Assembly: GCA_048538215.1 (NCBI GenBank)
Contig: JBLYPV010000001.1
Span: 333,499 to 397,498 of the forward strand
Direction: 5' to 3'
Origin: Patescibacteria group bacterium
GTDB taxonomy: Bacteria > Patescibacteriota > Minisyncoccia > Phycocordibacterales > GCA-2747955
Length of the DNA: 64,000 bases
Position 1 is the first letter of the stretch; each line of letters begins with the position of its first letter. The notes below the pieces were generated by a model. It was not told where the DNA came from. It was given only the letters and a program-made list of their open reading frames with translations, and did not search any database. The translations under genes and the position numbers were made by a program. This document shows positions 18,825 through 29,698 of the stretch, one piece after another.

Positions 18825-19412
18825 ATGGGATTCAGAGGAAGAAAAAAACAAGCACGCGATGATCGCGTCCGTATTAATGAACAAATTCATGCACCTGAGG
18901 TGCGAGTTCTTGCTGATGACGGAGAAAATCTAGGGACTATGTCATCAGATGAAGCTCTTGATATTGCCAAGAATCGAGGGCTTGATTTAGTGGAGGTATC
19001 TACAAAATCAAAACCTCCAATTGTAAAGGTTACAGATTACGGAAAATTCAAATACGAAAAGAAAAAGAAGGAGCAAGAATCACGCCAAAAATCTAAGGTC
19101 ACCGAAACTAAGGTAATCCAAGTAAAGCCAAATACAGGTGAGGGTGACTTGGTCATTAAAGCAAAAAACATCTCAAAATGGCTCAAAGAAGGTAATCGGG
19201 TAAAATTAGATTTATTTTTGCGTGGTCGGAGCAAATATATGGAGCAAGATTTTCTCAAAGAACGAATGGAGCGAGTCTTGCACTTTGTGACCGAATCATA
19301 TAAAATCGCCGACGGACCAAAGAAAAGCCCAAAAGGGCTCACCATTATTCTTGAAAGAGATACTAAAAAGAAAAATACTGATACTGTCGAAGAAAACACT
19401 ACAAATAATTAA
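18825..19412 (+). CDS. infC: translation initiation factor IF-3
   Basis: 'RINEQIHAPEVRVLADDGENLG' plus the C-terminal domain. The true start is uncertain, because infC commonly uses non-ATG starts. Confidence 0.85.
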   Translation: MGFRGRKKQARDDRVRINEQIHAPEVRVLADDGENLGTMSSDEALDIAKNRGLDLVEVSTKSKPPIVKVTDYGKFKYEKKKKEQESRQKSKVTETKVIQVKPNTGEGDLVIKAKNISKWLKEGNRVKLDLFLRGRSKYMEQDFLKERMERVLHFVTESYKIADGPKKSPKGLTIILERDTKKKNTDTVEENTTNN

Positions 19413-19421
19413 TACATCACT

Positions 19422-19616
19422 ATGGCAAAGAAAACAAACAAAGCGCTTGCTAAGCGCGTAAAAATGACTAAGGGGGGTGCTCTACAGGTACGCCCAAATA
19501 ATCGGAGCCACTACAATGCTCACGAGCGCAACCCTAGTAAAATGAAAAAGAAGGGCTGGCTTAGACTGTCGCTTCCCAAGCGTGTCTTAAGCCAATTTCT
19601 ACCACATGGTAAATAA
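19422..19616 (+). CDS. rpmI: 50S ribosomal protein L35
   Basis: Small basic protein directly after infC in canonical order. Confidence 0.8.
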   Translation: MAKKTNKALAKRVKMTKGGALQVRPNNRSHYNAHERNPSKMKKKGWLRLSLPKRVLSQFLPHGK

Positions 19617-19933
19617 AATATCTCCTCGCGTAACGCGAGGATTTTATCTCTCACTTAGAGACTAGACTTCCAAAGAGTTGCAAAGTAAGAAATTCAAGGT
19701 ACAATACCCTGCGTTAGATGCTCTGGTTTCCTTCTCATTGTTCTTGGCACAAGCCTTAAGAGAAGATGTCCGAGTCACATGTGCCTTGGTGTATGGATTG
19801 ATTAAATTCTCCTGCCAAGGTCTGTATGATTCCCCGCTAGAGCTTCTGATTATATAATTAGAAGCAATTTTATTTAGAAAAAAGAGGTCACTATGCCCGA
19901 CAAATCTGATCTCTTCTGATAACTATCAATTTT

Positions 19934-20311
19934 ATGGCACGAGTAAAACGAGGGGTAATGAAAAACAAACGTAAGAGCAAAATCTTGCGTCTTGCAAAAG
20001 GTTTTCGTAATGCCCGTAGCACAAAATATAAGCAAGCCAAGCAAGGAGTGATTCGCGCTGGCCAGCATGCCTTTGCTCACCGGAGAAAGAAAAAACGAGT
20101 AATGCGTAAGGATTGGCAGATGCGCATCAATTACGCTGTACGCAACCTTGCTGGCATCTCATATAGCTCTTTTATGGACAAGGTGCATAAAAAAGGTATT
20201 ACGGTAGACCGTAAAATTATGGCTGATATGCTACAAAATGATATGTCTGCCTTTGCTCGATTTGTCTCTTTTGTTACAGAGTCAAAAGTAGAACATACCG
20301 ATAAGGCATAG
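19934..20311 (+). CDS. rplT: 50S ribosomal protein L20
   Basis: 'MARVKRGV...RRKKKR' is an L20 N-terminus. Confidence 0.9.
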   Translation: MARVKRGVMKNKRKSKILRLAKGFRNARSTKYKQAKQGVIRAGQHAFAHRRKKKRVMRKDWQMRINYAVRNLAGISYSSFMDKVHKKGITVDRKIMADMLQNDMSAFARFVSFVTESKVEHTDKA

Positions 20312-20399
20312 GCTTATCTTTAAAAACTCACCTATACAAAAATAGTTACCTCTGGTAACTATTTTTGTGTTCTCTTACCTGTAGAATGAATGATTAGGT

Positions 20400-21074
20400 C
20401 TACTTATCTACTATTTTTTTAAGGAAGCTTCGTCGGTGAATCGGACAGAGTCCGTGTGTCTTTATATTTTTCATATGTGCTACCGTGCCATAGCCCTTGT
20501 GAGCGTAAAAATCATAAGCTGGATAACGAATATCATATTGCTCCATCACCTTATCTCGTGCCACTTTGGCATAAATAGAAGCCAGTGCTATTGAGAATAT
20601 TTTATTATCTCCTCCCGTAACTGTTTGCTGACGATACCCCTGGGGAGCTTTTAAAGAGCCATCTAGATACACAAAGATAGATTTTCGGTCTACACTTGTA
20701 TATTCTATTAGTTCCTGGAGCCCCTCCTCGATTGATTGATAGAGACATTGTGATATTCCCTGTGTATCTATTACACAAGCATCGGTGAAAATAGTACGTA
20801 CGATTATTGTACTAGATTTTTCTAAATCGATTGCGTCTTCAATGACTGACTCTCGCTTGCGAGGAGAAAGCTTTTTGCTATCCCTTACAAGGGGTAGCTT
20901 TGTTTGTACTTCTTCTATATGCGTACGCTTGATCATAACAAGCCCTACTGTAAGTGGCCCAGCGACTGGCCCCCTACCAGCTTCATCGATACCAATTATC
21001 CAGCTAACTCGTTTAGGTATATGATCCAAACCATGATGTATGTGCATAGAATGTGTATATAGTGAGTATAACAT
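20400..21074 (-). CDS. rnhB: ribonuclease HII
   Basis: 'IGIDEAGRGPVAGPL' active-site motif. Confidence 0.85.
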   Translation of the reverse strand: MLYSLYTHSMHIHHGLDHIPKRVSWIIGIDEAGRGPVAGPLTVGLVMIKRTHIEEVQTKLPLVRDSKKLSPRKRESVIEDAIDLEKSSTIIVRTIFTDACVIDTQGISQCLYQSIEEGLQELIEYTSVDRKSIFVYLDGSLKAPQGYRQQTVTGGDNKIFSIALASIYAKVARDKVMEQYDIRYPAYDFYAHKGYGTVAHMKNIKTHGLCPIHRRSFLKKIVDK

Positions 21075-21104
21075 AGGGATAGTCTGACCACGCCACCCTG
21101 CTAT

Positions 21105-21944
21105 TTACTTATCTGCTAATGTTATATAAGGCTCAATCGATTGACGATGTATACGCCAAGCTAACGCTTGAGTGCCAAGCTTCTCTCCGATTAATCGTGC
21201 TAGGGTGCGCATATATGTCCCCGAGCTCACACGTGCCCGCACGGTGACACTTATTAATTTTCTATCAATTCCAATGTCTTCCTGCAATTGTTTCCATGAA
21301 TCAAGCACCTCATTCCGCCGAAAATCTGCTCCGAGTGCTTTCGATGCCTCTTGTACATGACTTACTTGAGCTATTCTTTTCTTGACCTCCTCCACTATAT
21401 CTCCCATATTGTACGTCTGATACCCCTCTATCGCTATATCATATATTTCTACTGCTTTTTTAGGAATAGTGATTTCGTCGAGTCGCCCCTCTAGCGCCCA
21501 GAGGAAAAGTGGCTTACCTTCTACTGTTTTAGATGAAAAAATAGGATACTCTAATTCATGCTTTCCCTCAAATCCTTTAATGATTGTTTGTAGAGCCTGA
21601 TCAAGTGTTTTTTGGCTGTATTCCTCTAATTTTTGAAGATTACCAGAAGAAACAACCCCCAAAATATCCTGGGTATCCGATTGTACTCCCATAAGGACTT
21701 CCAAGATATATTCTTTATCAAGCTCTAAATATTTTCCTCGTTCTTTACAAGCATCATCAATTAAAATAAGTAGTACTCCACTTGCCATTGGATCTAAGCG
21801 CCCCGCATAAGCCATTTTCTTATCTGCTAGCTCGGGGAGCTTCTTCTTGAGATCCTTGATACACTCCAGAGGAGTGCGCCCCAGAGCTTTATTCACGGCA
21901 ATCCAATCTTTAGTTTGTTTGAGTATTTGCATCAAAATTTTCAA
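21105..21944 (-). CDS. truB: tRNA pseudouridine(55) synthase
   Basis: 'AGRLDPMASGVLLIL' catalytic-Asp motif. Confidence 0.85.
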   Translation of the reverse strand: MKILMQILKQTKDWIAVNKALGRTPLECIKDLKKKLPELADKKMAYAGRLDPMASGVLLILIDDACKERGKYLELDKEYILEVLMGVQSDTQDILGVVSSGNLQKLEEYSQKTLDQALQTIIKGFEGKHELEYPIFSSKTVEGKPLFLWALEGRLDEITIPKKAVEIYDIAIEGYQTYNMGDIVEEVKKRIAQVSHVQEASKALGADFRRNEVLDSWKQLQEDIGIDRKLISVTVRARVSSGTYMRTLARLIGEKLGTQALAWRIHRQSIEPYITLADK

Positions 21945-22722
21945 TACTATCTATAATATGCTCATATGTATCTGGCACAATAGATACGAGCTCTTGTGTA
22001 TAAATATTAATGGGCAAGCTGATAATCCCCCGCACAAAGCTATCTTGTGGATCAAACTCTGTGTGTGAAAGTGTGCCTAAAATATATGGGCCTCCGCCAG
22101 GTAATTTTACTACTACCCCCCTAGTCTCTCGATAACTTCGTGGAAGCTTGACCTCTAAAGTGCCACCCCCCTTCCCCAGGGCAGTATAAAGCACCCCATC
22201 AATAGATACTATTACTTCTTCTCGTGGGGCACTAAAAAGCTGTGCCCTACTATAATTCCCTTGCACCTGCTCTATATATCCCAGCGCGTATTGCTGAGCG
22301 CTAACCACAAGCATATCAACATCTAGCTCCCTCGAAGCTTTGAGTATGTACTGATCATACGCAGTATAGGGCGGACGGGCGATGACTCGAGCAATATATG
22401 TATCTCTACCTTCAAATTGAAATTCTTTCCATAGATCTAAATATGCTCGAGCATTTTCTTCTGCCAATATGTTTGCACTATTTTTATTTTCTAGCTCTGT
22501 TCTTAGTATTTGATTCTCTTGCCTAAGTGCTTGTACATCCTGAAATGGTAGAGTAATGTTTGAGAATAAATCTTTTCCTCCATCAAGGATTTTTGCATAT
22601 AAAAAAAATAAATTCCCCTGACCAATAATCCCATATCCAGCTAGCATAAGAAAAATTATAGTCGTAATGACTAATAAGCGTGATTTTGAAATATTAGTAT
22701 GTGATCGGGAGTTCATTATCAT
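21910..22722 (-). CDS. mreC: rod shape-determining protein MreC
   Basis: N-terminal TM plus coiled coil, directly downstream of mreB with an overlapping stop and start. Confidence 0.7.
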   Translation of the reverse strand: MIMNSRSHTNISKSRLLVITTIIFLMLAGYGIIGQGNLFFLYAKILDGGKDLFSNITLPFQDVQALRQENQILRTELENKNSANILAEENARAYLDLWKEFQFEGRDTYIARVIARPPYTAYDQYILKASRELDVDMLVVSAQQYALGYIEQVQGNYSRAQLFSAPREEVIVSIDGVLYTALGKGGGTLEVKLPRSYRETRGVVVKLPGGGPYILGTLSHTEFDPQDSFVRGIISLPINIYTQELVSIVPDTYEHIIDSIENFDANTQTN

Positions 22723-23788
22723 AAGAGACTAAGACTTCTTTATACTCATCTAGATGTTCGAGAACTACGCCAGTTCCACGAGCTACTGCGGTAAGAGGGT
22801 CGGCTACAATATGCACTGGTACTTGAATGATATTTGAAATATGCTGATCAAGGCCACTGATGAGAGCTCCACCTCCTGAAAGATAGATTCCTGATTCAAT
22901 AGTGTCTGAAATAATCTCTGGAGGAGTAGTCTCGATTACTTCCTTGATAGATTCTACAAGCGTCTCAATAGAAGAAGCCATAGCTTCTTTAATATCCTTA
23001 TCAGTAATGATAATCTCACGAGGCAAACCACTAATTAAATCTCGTCCACGCATTACTCCTTGCCGAGCTTCCCCTCCCTCAGCTATTTCTCCTACTTCAA
23101 TCTTGAGCCGTTCGGCAGTTTTCTCTCCAATTAAAATTTTATACGTATCACGCATATACGCCATTACATCTTGATTGAATTTATCTCCAGCAATTTTAAT
23201 ATTTTTACTATTGACGATTCCTCCTAAAGAAATTACAGCGATATCACTCGTCCCCCCTCCAATATCAATCATTACCGTACCTTGTGGGCTATTGACCGGA
23301 AGCCTATCACCTATGGCTGCCGCCATAGGCTCTTCTATAATATAGACTTCTCGTGCTCCCGCATCAGTAGCAGCATCCCGCACGGCTCGTGTCTCCACGT
23401 TGGTCACCCCTGATGGTACTCCTACAATCACTCGTGGACCTAAAAGTTTTGGGTGTAATTTTTCAGCAGTCCGAATCATATAGGCAATCATTTCGCCACA
23501 GACTTCAAAATTAGAAATTACTCCATCGACTACTGGACGCTCGGCATTGATGTGCCCAGGAGTCCGCCCCAGCATTTCTCTCGCAGCACTTCCTATAGCG
23601 ATTACACGATCTGTTTTGTTGTTGACCGCTACTACCGAAGGCTCATCAATCACCACCCCTTTACCTCGTAGATATACGAGTGTATTAGCTGTTCCTAAAT
23701 CAATACCAATATCATTAGAAAAAAAACGAAAAACTCTTTCTTTAAGCCCTGTTATGCTTGACATAGTAGGAGGATTATAACACACCAA
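22694..23788 (-). CDS. mreB: rod shape-determining actin-like protein MreB
   Basis: 'IGIDLGTANTLVY' and 'IDIGGGTSDIAVIS' actin-fold motifs. Confidence 0.9.
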   Translation of the reverse strand: MVCYNPPTMSSITGLKERVFRFFSNDIGIDLGTANTLVYLRGKGVVIDEPSVVAVNNKTDRVIAIGSAAREMLGRTPGHINAERPVVDGVISNFEVCGEMIAYMIRTAEKLHPKLLGPRVIVGVPSGVTNVETRAVRDAATDAGAREVYIIEEPMAAAIGDRLPVNSPQGTVMIDIGGGTSDIAVISLGGIVNSKNIKIAGDKFNQDVMAYMRDTYKILIGEKTAERLKIEVGEIAEGGEARQGVMRGRDLISGLPREIIITDKDIKEAMASSIETLVESIKEVIETTPPEIISDTIESGIYLSGGGALISGLDQHISNIIQVPVHIVADPLTAVARGTGVVLEHLDEYKEVLVSYDNELPITY

Positions 23789-23865
23789 AGAAAATAAAAT
23801 AACTAATTTTACGCCTCTGCAAGTACCTTCCTCATCTCTAGCTCAGAGTTTGGTATAATGGACAA

Positions 23866-26800
23866 ATGACTTTCGTGCATCTACATACGCACTCTCACTA
23901 CTCGCTCCTTAATGCTCTACCAAAAATTAATGAGTTGGTCGAGCGAGTAGCACAGGATGGCGACTCTGCCTTAGCTCTCACTGATGATGGCAATCTCTAT
24001 GGAGCTATTGAATTCTATAAAACCTGTCGGGAACACAATGTCAAGCCAATCATTGGAGTAGATTTTTTTGTAGCAGTACGCAGTCGACAAGATAAAATTT
24101 CAGGGATTGATTCACGGCGTTATCGCTTGGTACTCTTGGCAGAGAATTATCAAGGGTTTCGTAATCTTATGAAGCTCGTCTCTCGCTCCTACACCGAAGG
24201 CTTTTACTACAAGCCCCGTATCGACAGAGAGCTTATAGAAGAATACAAAGAAGGATTGATTGCCATCATCCCCCAATTCTCTGGTGAAACTTCAAATTAC
24301 CTCAAAATAAATGACGCTGTCCGTGCCCAAGAAGCCTGGCAATTCTACCACTCCCTATTTGGTGAAAATTGCTATTTAGAAATCTTGCATCACCCAGAAA
24401 GTGAAGAACAAACAAAGCTAAGAGAAAAAATTATTGCATTTAGTAAGACACATAATGCCCCCCTTGTAGCTACGAGTGATAGCTACTATCTATCTCCCGA
24501 TGATAAGGCCGCCCGTGATGTTTTGGTGGATGTGGGCAACGCCAAGTCCCGTGGCACTCACCGTGATGATATCGATTTTTCTCTCAAATCAAGTGGTGAG
24601 ATGGAGGGATTATTCAGCGATATATCCGAAGCTATCACTAATAGCGAGCGTATTGCTAATCAGTGCGAGCTCAATCTAAATCTTGGTAATTGGACCTTTC
24701 CTACCTACCCTATTGAAAACAATCGTGACCCTGTAGATGTGTTACGTGAGCGCGCCATGGCAGGCTTTGCTGATCGTGGTATCGCTATTGATGATATCTA
24801 CCAATCTCGTGTAGATTACGAGCTCGAAGTAATTAAAAATAAAGGTTACGATGTGTACTTCCTTGTAGTATCTGATTTAATGCAGTATGCACGAGAGCAC
24901 GAGATACTCACCAATACGCGTGGATCCGCTGCTGGCTGTCTAGTATCTTATCTTATTGGCATTACCAATATTGATCCCATAGAGTACAAGCTCCCCTTCG
25001 AGCGTTTCCTTAATCCAGAGCGACCAAGTCCCCCCGATATTGATATGGATATTGCGGATGATAAACGCGATGAACTTATTGCCTACGCCCGTGAAAAGTA
25101 CGGAAAAGACCACGTGGCTCAAATTGGCACCTTTGGTACTATGGCTGCTCGTGGGGCTGTTAAAGATACTGCCCGAGCTTTGGGATATGACTACCAAAAA
25201 GGTGATCAGATTTCCAAGCTAATCCCGATGGGTTCACAGGGCTTTGCTATGACGATTGACCGTGCGCTTGAAGAAAATCCTGATTTTGCAAAGCTCTATA
25301 AGCAAGATGCCGATACACAAGAGATTGTAGATATGGCACGGAAAATTGAGGGCTCCGCTCGACACATCTCTATCCATGCAGCCGGTGTAGTAATTGCTCC
25401 ATCAGAATATAATGGTGAACAGACTACCATTACCGATTTTACCCCCATTCAACCCGACCCAAAAGGATCTGGTAAATTGGTCACCCAATATAATATGCAT
25501 GCCGTAGAAGATGCAGGGCTTTTGAAATACGATTTCTTGGGGCTTAAAAACCTTACTATTATGTACGAGGCCATCAAGCGCATCCGCAAGACACGCACAG
25601 TAGATGTAGATTTAGATACACTGCCACTTGATGATACAACCACTTACAAAATGCTGGCTGATGGAGGCACCTATGGGGTATTCCAACTATCTTCAGAGGG
25701 AATGACTAAGTGGCTCAAAGAGCTCAAGCCTACTAATATCAATGATATTAACGCCATGGTAGCACTGTATCGTCCGGGACCTATGGAATTTATCCCTGAT
25801 TATATTAAACGTAAACGCAACGCACGACTTGTAAGCTACCCTCACCCACGCACCGAGCCCTATCTCAAAGACTCACTCGGGCTTTTAATTTATCAAGATG
25901 ACATTATGCAGCTTGCGGTAGATATGGCAGGATATTCTTGGCTAGAAGCAGACACCTTTCGCAAAGCAATGGGCAAGAAAATACCTGAACTTATGGCAGA
26001 ACAAGAGGAGCGCTTTAAGGGAGGGTGTCGTGAAAGTGGCTTGAGTGAATCTGTAATTAAGAAACTTTGGGAAAATATTGAGACCTTTGCGGCCTATGGC
26101 TTTAATAAAGGGCACGCTGCTGCTTATGGTAATGTGGCGTACAAAACAGCCTACCTCAAAGCTAATTTTCCTGCAGAATATATGGCAGCACTTTTGACAG
26201 CTGATTCAGGTAATACTGATCTTATTGCTCGAGCCACCAAAGAGTGCGAACGAATGGGTATTCCTGTATTACCACCAGATATAAATGAATCATTTGAAGG
26301 CTTTTCGGTAGTGGTGGGTGGAGGCAAGAATGGCGAAGACCAGATTCGCTTTGGATTATTTACCATCAAAAATTTTGGTGAGAATATTAGCCATACTGTC
26401 ATTGAAGAGCGTAAAGCTAATGGTGCCTACACTTCCCTCACTGATTTTCTTGAACGAGTGAATGGCAGAGATATGAATAAAAAATCACTAGAGGCCTTGA
26501 TCCTTTCTGGGGCACTTGATTCTCTTGCTGATCGTGATGCAATGCTTGGCTCTGTAGATCTGCTCCTGGAATTTGTTAAAGAATCTCGATCACGCAATGT
26601 AGCCCAAGAAAGCCTCTTTGGTGTCATAGAGGATATGGGAAGCCATGAAATCTCTCTACCAGAGCCTACCGGCACCCACATTACTCTCAAAACAGGTATG
26701 AACGAAGAGCTACACTACACCCTCCCCCTTTCAAGTAAACAAAAATTATACTGGGAGAAAGAGCTCTTGGGCTTGTATGTATCTGGCCATCCATTGGATA

Positions 26801-27111
26801 AGTATCGAGATAAAATCGAACAAAAGGGACGCAATATCAAAGGAGCTATCGCTAAAGGCTTTCAACAAAAATATACCTTTGCTGGCGTACTTTCAAACTG
26901 CCGACACATTACTACTAAAAATAATCGCCGTATGGCCTTTGCTACGCTCAGCGATACTACTGCTGGATTAGATACAGTATTTTTCTCAGATATATATAAA
27001 GAGTGTCGTGATCTCTTGCAAGACGACGCTACTGTGCAAATTACAGGCAAGCTCCAAAGAAGAGACGGTGAGTGGGGATTGTTGGCTGAAGAAATAAAGC
27101 TCTTAGACTAA
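23866..27111 (+). CDS. dnaE: DNA polymerase III alpha subunit (compact, 1081 aa)
   Basis: PHP N-terminus 'FVHLHTHSHYSLL', polymerase core, and OB-fold. Confidence 0.95.
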   Translation: MTFVHLHTHSHYSLLNALPKINELVERVAQDGDSALALTDDGNLYGAIEFYKTCREHNVKPIIGVDFFVAVRSRQDKISGIDSRRYRLVLLAENYQGFRNLMKLVSRSYTEGFYYKPRIDRELIEEYKEGLIAIIPQFSGETSNYLKINDAVRAQEAWQFYHSLFGENCYLEILHHPESEEQTKLREKIIAFSKTHNAPLVATSDSYYLSPDDKAARDVLVDVGNAKSRGTHRDDIDFSLKSSGEMEGLFSDISEAITNSERIANQCELNLNLGNWTFPTYPIENNRDPVDVLRERAMAGFADRGIAIDDIYQSRVDYELEVIKNKGYDVYFLVVSDLMQYAREHEILTNTRGSAAGCLVSYLIGITNIDPIEYKLPFERFLNPERPSPPDIDMDIADDKRDELIAYAREKYGKDHVAQIGTFGTMAARGAVKDTARALGYDYQKGDQISKLIPMGSQGFAMTIDRALEENPDFAKLYKQDADTQEIVDMARKIEGSARHISIHAAGVVIAPSEYNGEQTTITDFTPIQPDPKGSGKLVTQYNMHAVEDAGLLKYDFLGLKNLTIMYEAIKRIRKTRTVDVDLDTLPLDDTTTYKMLADGGTYGVFQLSSEGMTKWLKELKPTNINDINAMVALYRPGPMEFIPDYIKRKRNARLVSYPHPRTEPYLKDSLGLLIYQDDIMQLAVDMAGYSWLEADTFRKAMGKKIPELMAEQEERFKGGCRESGLSESVIKKLWENIETFAAYGFNKGHAAAYGNVAYKTAYLKANFPAEYMAALLTADSGNTDLIARATKECERMGIPVLPPDINESFEGFSVVVGGGKNGEDQIRFGLFTIKNFGENISHTVIEERKANGAYTSLTDFLERVNGRDMNKKSLEALILSGALDSLADRDAMLGSVDLLLEFVKESRSRNVAQESLFGVIEDMGSHEISLPEPTGTHITLKTGMNEELHYTLPLSSKQKLYWEKELLGLYVSGHPLDKYRDKIEQKGRNIKGAIAKGFQQKYTFAGVLSNCRHITTKNNRRMAFATLSDTTAGLDTVFFSDIYKECRDLLQDDATVQITGKLQRRDGEWGLLAEEIKLLD

Positions 27112-27113
27112 GA

Positions 27114-27683
27114 TTAATCTTTGTGAATATATGCAAATAAAGGGATTGCAGTGAGTGCTCCCAGCATATTAGATACGATATCAATAGCAGTATTTTCATA
27201 GCCACCTACATTTACATCTTCAATAAACACTGTAGCAAGGAATTCTATAATTTCATTAAGTCCTCCGATACCTATTGCAGCCAAGACGACTAATCCAATA
27301 AGTACTGCGCGTGAGCTAGTCTGCAAATACTTAATAGCAATTGAATATATAAGGAGAGCTACTACTAGATAACAATACCAGTGTACAAGCTGGTCATATT
27401 TAAAGATCAAGTATGGCTCCCCCACAAGCGGAATCAAAATATAAGAATATAAATACACGCCATTGATCACCACCAGGCCTCCAGCTATGTGCCCAATGAG
27501 CCATATATTAAAAAGCCAGAGCACCCATTCTTTGAAATCAACAGTACGGTCAATAAGGTGTATAAATACTACAATCCCAAGCGCTGTTACTCCATAAAAT
27601 ATAAATTCATAATTACCATCCCATATACTCCAAGCAAATAATAATCCGATAAGCAGGTAGGCAAAGCCGATAGCGTATTTCAT
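27114..27683 (-). CDS. hypothetical integral membrane protein
   Basis: 5-6 predicted TM helices. No family recognised. Confidence 0.5.
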   Translation of the reverse strand: MKYAIGFAYLLIGLLFAWSIWDGNYEFIFYGVTALGIVVFIHLIDRTVDFKEWVLWLFNIWLIGHIAGGLVVINGVYLYSYILIPLVGEPYLIFKYDQLVHWYCYLVVALLIYSIAIKYLQTSSRAVLIGLVVLAAIGIGGLNEIIEFLATVFIEDVNVGGYENTAIDIVSNMLGALTAIPLFAYIHKD

Positions 27684-27880
27684 ATACTATAAGTATAGCA
27701 TTATAAAATTGGCTCGTCTGGCCACCTAATTTTTTGCTGTTTGGTGCAAGAGTAGGTATAATGTTTTAATGATAACAAGCACCACAAACACGACCAGCTA
27801 ATGTCCGTCTACGGGGTTGTTTCTATCTACACATCAACGACCCCCCTGGTCGTATTTTTATTAGCAAATAAACATATCAT

Positions 27881-29638
27881 ATGGAACACGACAAACTATA
27901 CAAAATTCGCCATTCCCTTGCTCACCTTTTAGCGATGGCTACTATTGATACCTACCCACAAGCTAAGCTCGCCATCGGCCCAGTAATTGAAAACGGCTTT
28001 TATTATGATATTGATTTTGGTGATGAAAAAATAGGCGAAGAACATCTTAAAGAGCTCCAGAAAAAGATGAAAAAGATGGCTAGCCAATCACTTCCCTTTA
28101 CTCAAGTTGATATGAGTGAATTGGAAGCTCGAGAATATTTTAAAGATAATGAATATAAACTTGAATTGATTAATGAGATTATTGCTCGTGATGATCTGCT
28201 TACATTCTATCGTACTGGTGATACATTTATTGATCTTTGTGCTGGTGGGCATATAGATAACACCAGTGAGATTTCCACCGATGCTTTTCGACTCGAACGA
28301 GTAGCCGGCGCCTACTGGCGTGGAGATGAAAACAAGCCTATGCTCACTCGTATATATGGAGTAGCTTTTGAATCCAAAGAAAGTCTTGCAAGCTACGACG
28401 AAATGATGCGTGAGGCAAAAAAGCGAGATCATCGTAAATTAGGTCGTGAGCTCGATCTTTTTACCTTCTCAGATATGGTGGGAGCTGGATTACCTCTTTT
28501 TACTCCTCGGGGGACACTCTTACGGAATGGGATTATTAATCGTATTTGGGACATTCAAAAACAATATGGCTGGGAGTACATCACCACCCCACACATTACT
28601 AAACAAGCACTATATGAAACCAGTGGCCACTGGGAAAAATTTGGTGATGAGCTATTTAAAGTAACTGGAAAATCTGATGCTCAATTTGTGATGAAGCCAA
28701 TGAATTGCCCTCATCACACCCAAATTTTTGCTTCTCAAGCACGATCCTATCGTGATTTGCCTATCCGATACGCCGAAAATGGTGTCGTCTACCGTGATGA
28801 GCAAGCAGGAGAGCTATTAGGGCTTTCTCGTGTACGTGCTATTACCCAAGATGATGGCCACTGCTTTTGTACTCCAGAACAAGTAGAACAAGAAGTATCA
28901 AATATTATTTCTATAATCCGAGATTTCTATAATGGTATTGGCATGCTTGAAGATGGTAATTATTGGGTATCTTTGTCAGTACATGATCCAGCAAATCCTG
29001 AAAAATATATGATTCGTGAAGATGGCTTATTCCTTGAGGCAGAAAAAATTCTTGAATCAATTGCCAAAAAAGAGAAGCTCCCCTACAAACGCATTGAGGG
29101 CGAAGCTGCCTTTTATGGCCCTAAGCTTGATTTTCAATTTCGTGATGCTATTGGCCGAGAATGGCAACTTGGCACTGTACAACTTGATTTTTCTCTACCA
29201 GAACGATTCAAGCTCGAATACACCGACGCTGATGGCGAGCACAAACGCCCCGTAATGATTCACCGTGCTATTGCTGGTGCCCTCGAAAGGTTTCTCTCTG
29301 TGTATATTGAACATACCGCTGGAGCCTTCCCTTTTTGGCTAGCTCCCATACAGGTAGTAGTAATTCCAGTCAACACCGAGGCACATGGCAAAAAAGCACA
29401 AGAAGTAGCCACTGCTCTCAAAGAAGCTGGATTTCGTGCAGAGTATAATAACAACGAGAAAGTAAGTATGGGCAAACAAGTGCGTGAAGCTAAAGAGCAG
29501 AAATATCCCTACTGGATTATTATTGGTGATAAAGACATAGAACAAAATGTGCTCACGCTAGAATCTCGCGACTCTAGTGATCACCAAGAGCTTACTCTTG
29601 AACAAGTAATTGAAAAGTTTGCTTCTGAGAATAGATAA
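27881..29638 (+). CDS. thrS: threonyl-tRNA synthetase (N-terminally truncated form lacking the TGS region)
   Basis: 'HSLAHLLAMA' editing-domain motif, class II core, and anticodon-binding domain. 585 aa. Confidence 0.9.
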   Translation: MEHDKLYKIRHSLAHLLAMATIDTYPQAKLAIGPVIENGFYYDIDFGDEKIGEEHLKELQKKMKKMASQSLPFTQVDMSELEAREYFKDNEYKLELINEIIARDDLLTFYRTGDTFIDLCAGGHIDNTSEISTDAFRLERVAGAYWRGDENKPMLTRIYGVAFESKESLASYDEMMREAKKRDHRKLGRELDLFTFSDMVGAGLPLFTPRGTLLRNGIINRIWDIQKQYGWEYITTPHITKQALYETSGHWEKFGDELFKVTGKSDAQFVMKPMNCPHHTQIFASQARSYRDLPIRYAENGVVYRDEQAGELLGLSRVRAITQDDGHCFCTPEQVEQEVSNIISIIRDFYNGIGMLEDGNYWVSLSVHDPANPEKYMIREDGLFLEAEKILESIAKKEKLPYKRIEGEAAFYGPKLDFQFRDAIGREWQLGTVQLDFSLPERFKLEYTDADGEHKRPVMIHRAIAGALERFLSVYIEHTAGAFPFWLAPIQVVVIPVNTEAHGKKAQEVATALKEAGFRAEYNNNEKVSMGKQVREAKEQKYPYWIIIGDKDIEQNVLTLESRDSSDHQELTLEQVIEKFASENR

Positions 29639-29698
29639 AATCAAAACGCTACGCTATACCTAGCATTTTGATTTTATAACAAATAAATGGTTTAATTA

